From Scyliorhinus canicula (lineage: Eukaryota), in the NCBI RefSeq assembly GCF_902713615.1, contig NC_052154.1:80517072-80581071 (forward strand): 64,000 bases of DNA, read 5' to 3'. The position numbers and the translations under genes are program-made. Positions within the stretch are counted from its first letter, which is position 1, and every line of letters starts with the position of its first letter. The notes below the pieces were generated by a model. The model was not told the DNA's origin. It searched no databases and saw nothing but the letters and a program-made list of their open reading frames with translations. Shown piece after piece: positions 59,200 through 64,000 of the stretch.

Positions 59200-61729
59200 A
59201 ACTGGGTTTTTAAAAATATAGTTTATTCAATCAAATTCATAAAAACAAACCGGGGTTAAATTGCCCCTTAATTGGAAAAATGAATTGGGTACTCTAAATT
59301 TATTAAAAATAAAATAAAAAACAAACCGAAGCAGAGGCAAAATGACATATGATAAATAACCAACACCCACTCCACACATCACCCCTCCTCCCGTCCTGTC
59401 TTCCCCATTTTAACCCCCTTACCACCCTTGCACCCCCTCCCTCCTCCCCTTTTGCTGACTCCTCAATCCTCCTCAAAGAAGCCAATGAACGGCTTCCACC
59501 TCCGAGCGAATGCATCGACTGACCCACTCAGGATGAACTTGAATTCCGGCCATCAGGGAGGCAAAGGCCAAAATATCAGCCTCTCTCACATCCTGGACTC
59601 CCGGGTCTTCCGACACCCGAATATCACAACCACTGGACTCGGACCACCTTTACCCCCGCACCTCGGACATTACTCCACAAGCCCCAATCAGAACCCCTTT
59701 ATCTTTGGACATGCCCAGCACATGTGGACGTGATTCACGGGCCTCCCTGCACACTGCCCACAACTATCTTCTACCCCCTACTCATCCGCGCTACCGTTAT
59801 ATGTTTCTTATGAAATACTTTAAACTGAATGAGGCTTAGCCTTGTACACGGCGAGGCCGCATTCACCCTCCGCCTCCACCACCCCACCCAGCTCCTCCTC
59901 CCACTTCTGCTTTATATACCCCACCGGGGCCCCCTCCCAATCCATCAACATTTATAGACTTCAGATACCTTCCATTCCCCTATCTCCTCCTTCGACAGCA
60001 CCTTTTCTTACAACCCTAAGGGTGGAAATCCAGGAAAAGGGCAGCTCATACTCTAGGTCCTCCAATTTCCTGAAACTGCCTCTACAAACAGATCACCAAA
60101 TCGCTCAATCCATGCCTTCCGCCACCCCTGAAACCTCAGTTCCAGCCCTCCACCAGTGCAAACCTGTGATTATAACAAATCGGTGCCGACACCGAGGCGC
60201 CCTCCACTCCCACATGCTGCCTCCATTGCCCCCACACCCTCAAGGCTGACACTACCTCTGGGCCCATGGAGCACCTGGCTGACGAGAATGGCAGAGGCAC
60301 TGTTACCAGTGCCCTTAAGATCATTCCCCTACAACCGCCCTTATGCTGACCCCTCTCCCACTGCCCATTTCCTAACCATGGCCATGTTCACTGCCCAGTA
60401 GTTGTTCACAAACCCAGAGATCAGCGTGTTAACCGTTTTAAAGAACAACTTCGCGATAAAGATCGGCAGGTTCTGAAATATGAACAGGGACCTTGGCAGC
60501 ACAGTCATCTTTACTGTCTGCACCCGACCCGCCAGCGACAGTGGCAGCACATCCTACTTCTTGAATTCTCCCTTCATCTGCTCCACCAGCCGAGTCAAAT
60601 TTAGCTTGTGCAGCTGCACCCAATCCCGCGTCACTTGGATGCCCCGGTGTCTAACCCCACCCCCACTATCTTGAACGGCAACTCCCATAAACTCCTCTCC
60701 TGCCCTCTAGCCTCAATCAGGAACACCTTGCCCTTTCCCATGCTCAACCTCTTTCCCAAGAATCAGCCATAGTCCTCCAAAATCCCCACAATTACCCCAA
60801 TACCACCCAATGTGTTTGAGATATATAACAGCATGTCGTCCGTGTGCAACAAAACCATGTAATCAACACACCACCTCTCTTTCCAATCCCTCAACCCTCT
60901 AAGCATTATTGACAATGGCTCTATAGCCAAGGCAAAGAGCAACAGGGGGAGCAGGCACCCCTCCCTTCTCCCGCAATGCAGCGCAAAATATCCCTAACTC
61001 ACCTGGTTCATCCACACCCTTGTGACCGGTGCCTTGTACAGCAGCCGGACCAAGTCAGCAAACCTCTGTCAAACCCGAACCACCCCAGCATCTCCCACAA
61101 ATATTCCCACTCCACCTGGTCGGAAGCCTTCTCTGCGTCCATTGCCGCCACCACATCCACCTTTTGTCCCTCCGGAGGCATCATCATAGAATCTACAGTG
61201 CAGAAGGAGGCCATTCGGCCCATCGAGTCTGCACCGGCCCTTTAATTACCACCTCACTTAAGACCACACCCGTAACTCAGTAACGCCACCTAACCTTTTT
61301 TGGATACGAAAGGCAATTTAGCATGGCCAATCCACCTAACCTGCACATCTTTGGACTGTGAGAGAAAACCGAGCACTCGGAGGAAACCCGTGCAGACTCC
61401 ACACAGACAGTGACACAAGCCGGGAATCGAACCTGGGACCCTGGAGGTGTGAAGCAACTATGCTAACCACTGTGCTACCGTGCTGCTCTGTAATCATAAT
61501 TACATTAAGCAGCCTCCTCACATTCACTGACAACCGTCTCCCTTTCACAAAACCCATTTGTCGTTGCCTACCATCCCTGAGATGCAGTCCTCCATTTGTG
61601 AAGCCAACACCTTCGCCAGCAACTTGACGACCACATTCAACAGCAATATTGGACATACGATCTACACTGTTCCGGACCCTTGTCCTTTTTCAATATCAAA
61701 GGTATGCCTGCGATAGTGTAGGGGGGAGG

Positions 61730-61765
<36 letters not shown>

Positions 61766-62575
61766 TTAGCCTCATTAGCAGTGGCCCCAGGTCCCCCCAA
61801 CCTTTTTATAAAAATACACCAGGAAGGGCCCGGGCCTTCTCTGCTTGCATCACCCCCATACTCTGCATCACCTCCCTCAAACCGATAGGGGTTCCATTAA
61901 CTCCTTCTGGGACCAACACCACCCTTTCCGTCTTGTCCTTTACTCTGCCAGTCTCCCACACCGCCTCCTGCTTCCTCAGCTGGTGGGCCAGCATGCTACT
62001 GGCCTTCTCACCATACTCCTATACTGCCCCTCTGACCCTCCGCAGCTGCCTCTCTGCCTTCACCGTGGACACTACCTGAACTCCATCTGGAGCCTCTGCC
62101 TCTCCTTCAAAATCGCCGCCTCAGGGCTCTGTTTACCTTCTATCCATCTTCAGAATCTCTTCCACCAGCCTTGCCATCTCTGTCTGTTCCGCCTTCTCCC
62201 TATGCGCCCGAATTAAAATAAATTCCCCCCGAATCATCGCCTTGAGTGCCTTCCACAGCATGGCAGCCTTGAACTCCCCCATGTCATTCAGTTCTACATA
62301 CCCCCCAGATGGCAGCCCTCACCTGATCGCATACCTCCTCATCCGCCAACAACCCCACATCCAGCCTCCACTGCCCCCCACCCCCCACTCCACTCGCAAA
62401 TCTCTCTCATGCAGCACGTGGTCAGACACCACGATCGCCGAGCATCCGAGTTGACCACCCGCCAACAACACCCTGTTCAGCATGAAAAAGTCAATCCCGG
62501 AGTACACCCGGTGCACCTGGGAAAAATGTGAGAATTCCTTCACTCTCTGCGTCCCAAACGCCACGGGTCTAACCG

Positions 62576-62612
<37 letters not shown>

Positions 62613-63895
62613 ACACACACACGCTCTATAAACCTTTACAGCTCCTTCTCACTGCCAATAGATTCCCCGATCTCGGGCTCAACCCCCCCCCCCACCCCTG
62701 GAACCCGCCTCATGAAATCTACATAATTCCAACTTGGGGCATAAACGTTTACCAGGACCATCGTCATCCCCTCCAACCTCCCACTCACATCACAAACCTC
62801 CAACCCCCCCCCCCCCCAAACCACCCCAGGATATGCCACAATGCTCCCCACCTCAAAAACCCGCTTATTCACCAGCACAGCCACCCCCCCTCGCCTTCAT
62901 GTCCAGTGCCGAGTGGAACATCTGCCCTCTCCATCCTTTCCTCAACCTTGTCTGATTCCTGCAAAAAAGCCACGTCCACCTTCAGACTCTTCAGCAAATA
63001 CACATGACCGTTTGACCAGCCCATTCACCTCCCTCACTTACACATGGCCAGCCCACCCTCCTGTCCACCCCCCCCCCCCCCCCCCCCATAAAGCAGAAAA
63101 GATGCACTCACCATTGATATTTCCCCCACGGAGGGACCTGCCCTCCAAACACCCTGCCATCAAAACCAAAAGAATATTTCAAGGGGAAATGTTTCCCGTG
63201 AGCAAAGAAACCTCCTCACAAACCCTCCCAAAGTGCAATGTCCTCCTTCTCCTGTCAGTCCAGTGTCCTTCATGAACTCCATTGCCTCCTCTGGGGTGCC
63301 AAAATAATATTCATGCTTCTAAAAAGCCACCCAGAGGCGGGCCCAAACCTCATCCCCTGCTTGAAGAGGGCAGCCTTAACCCGATTAAATCCGGCCTTCT
63401 TCTTTGTCAGTTCTGCACCCAGGTCATGTTACACCTGCAGCTTATTCCCTTCCCAGGGACATTACCTCGTCTGCCTCGCACACCGAAGATTCTTCTCTTT
63501 ATACAGAAAGCCGTGCAACTGCACCACTATCGCCCTTGGTGGCTCACCCGCTTGCGGCATCCGCATCAGCACCATGTGCGCTCGGTTGAGCTCCAGGAGC
63601 TAGTCGAAGGCCCCCTCCCCATCAACTGCTCCAACATTTCGGCCACACATGTGCCACCTCTGCACCTTCAATGCTTTCGGGCATCCCCACAACCCTCAAA
63701 TTGTGCCTTCTGAAGCGGTTTGCATGTCCTCCACCTTCTCCTTCAGCCTCTTCTGGGTCTCCTGCATCACCCCACCTTGGCCACCAATGAGGCCAACTGC
63801 TCCTTATGCTCACCCACCACCTCCTCCACTTTCTGGATTGCCCGACCCTGGGACTCGAGCCTCTGCTCCACTCTCTCAATACCTGCTTTGGCTGT
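59200..63895 (-). mobile_element. Tx1/L1-clade LINE, near full extent but heavily deleted and decayed, in OGFOD1 intron 1
   Basis: ORF1 remnant (RRHNLRVVGMPESIEG), EN (VAILVNKRV, YSGIDFF), RT (MDAEKASDQVEW, VKMTVLPRSLFIFQNLP) and C-terminal HMCWACP. Confidence 0.88.
61170..61485 (-). mobile_element. HE1-type V-SINE nested in the L1
   Basis: Full head, core and tail in reverse, interrupting the L1 RT region. Confidence 0.88.
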
Positions 63896-64000
63896 AATAA
63901 GTGTAACAATGTACAGATAATTCTTGTTTGTAGTTTTTAGGAACCTGACAATTCAACTTCCTTTTACTTTCACAAATGTGGTGTGGAAAGCAAAATATTT

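Overview
Repeat-rich vertebrate genomic DNA. The repeat set (HE1/V-SINEs, CR1, Tx1/L1, Penelope, Harbinger) points to an elasmobranch, probably a catshark-like shark; this is an inference. Non-repeat content: (1) an apparently intact minus-strand immunoglobulin-superfamily receptor gene (leader, germline-joined VJ-type V domain, C1-set domain, TM with an Arg, cytoplasmic exon) at 14914-7939; (2) a paralogous, damaged copy at 46077-42834 whose leader+V module is bracketed by a 46-bp near-perfect inverted repeat; (3) two plus-strand OGFOD1 exons in impossible order for one gene: an internal exon (human exon 8 equivalent) at 1113-1226 and the first coding exon at 58681-58834. This implies a tandem segmental duplication or rearrangement that encloses the Ig-receptor genes. 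Also present: a complete hAT transposon (14-bp TIRs, 8-bp TSD) with a nested young CR1, several Tx1/L1 copies with TSDs, a solo LTR, Harbinger relics and many SINEs. All alignments and translations were done by eye; no database search was run.
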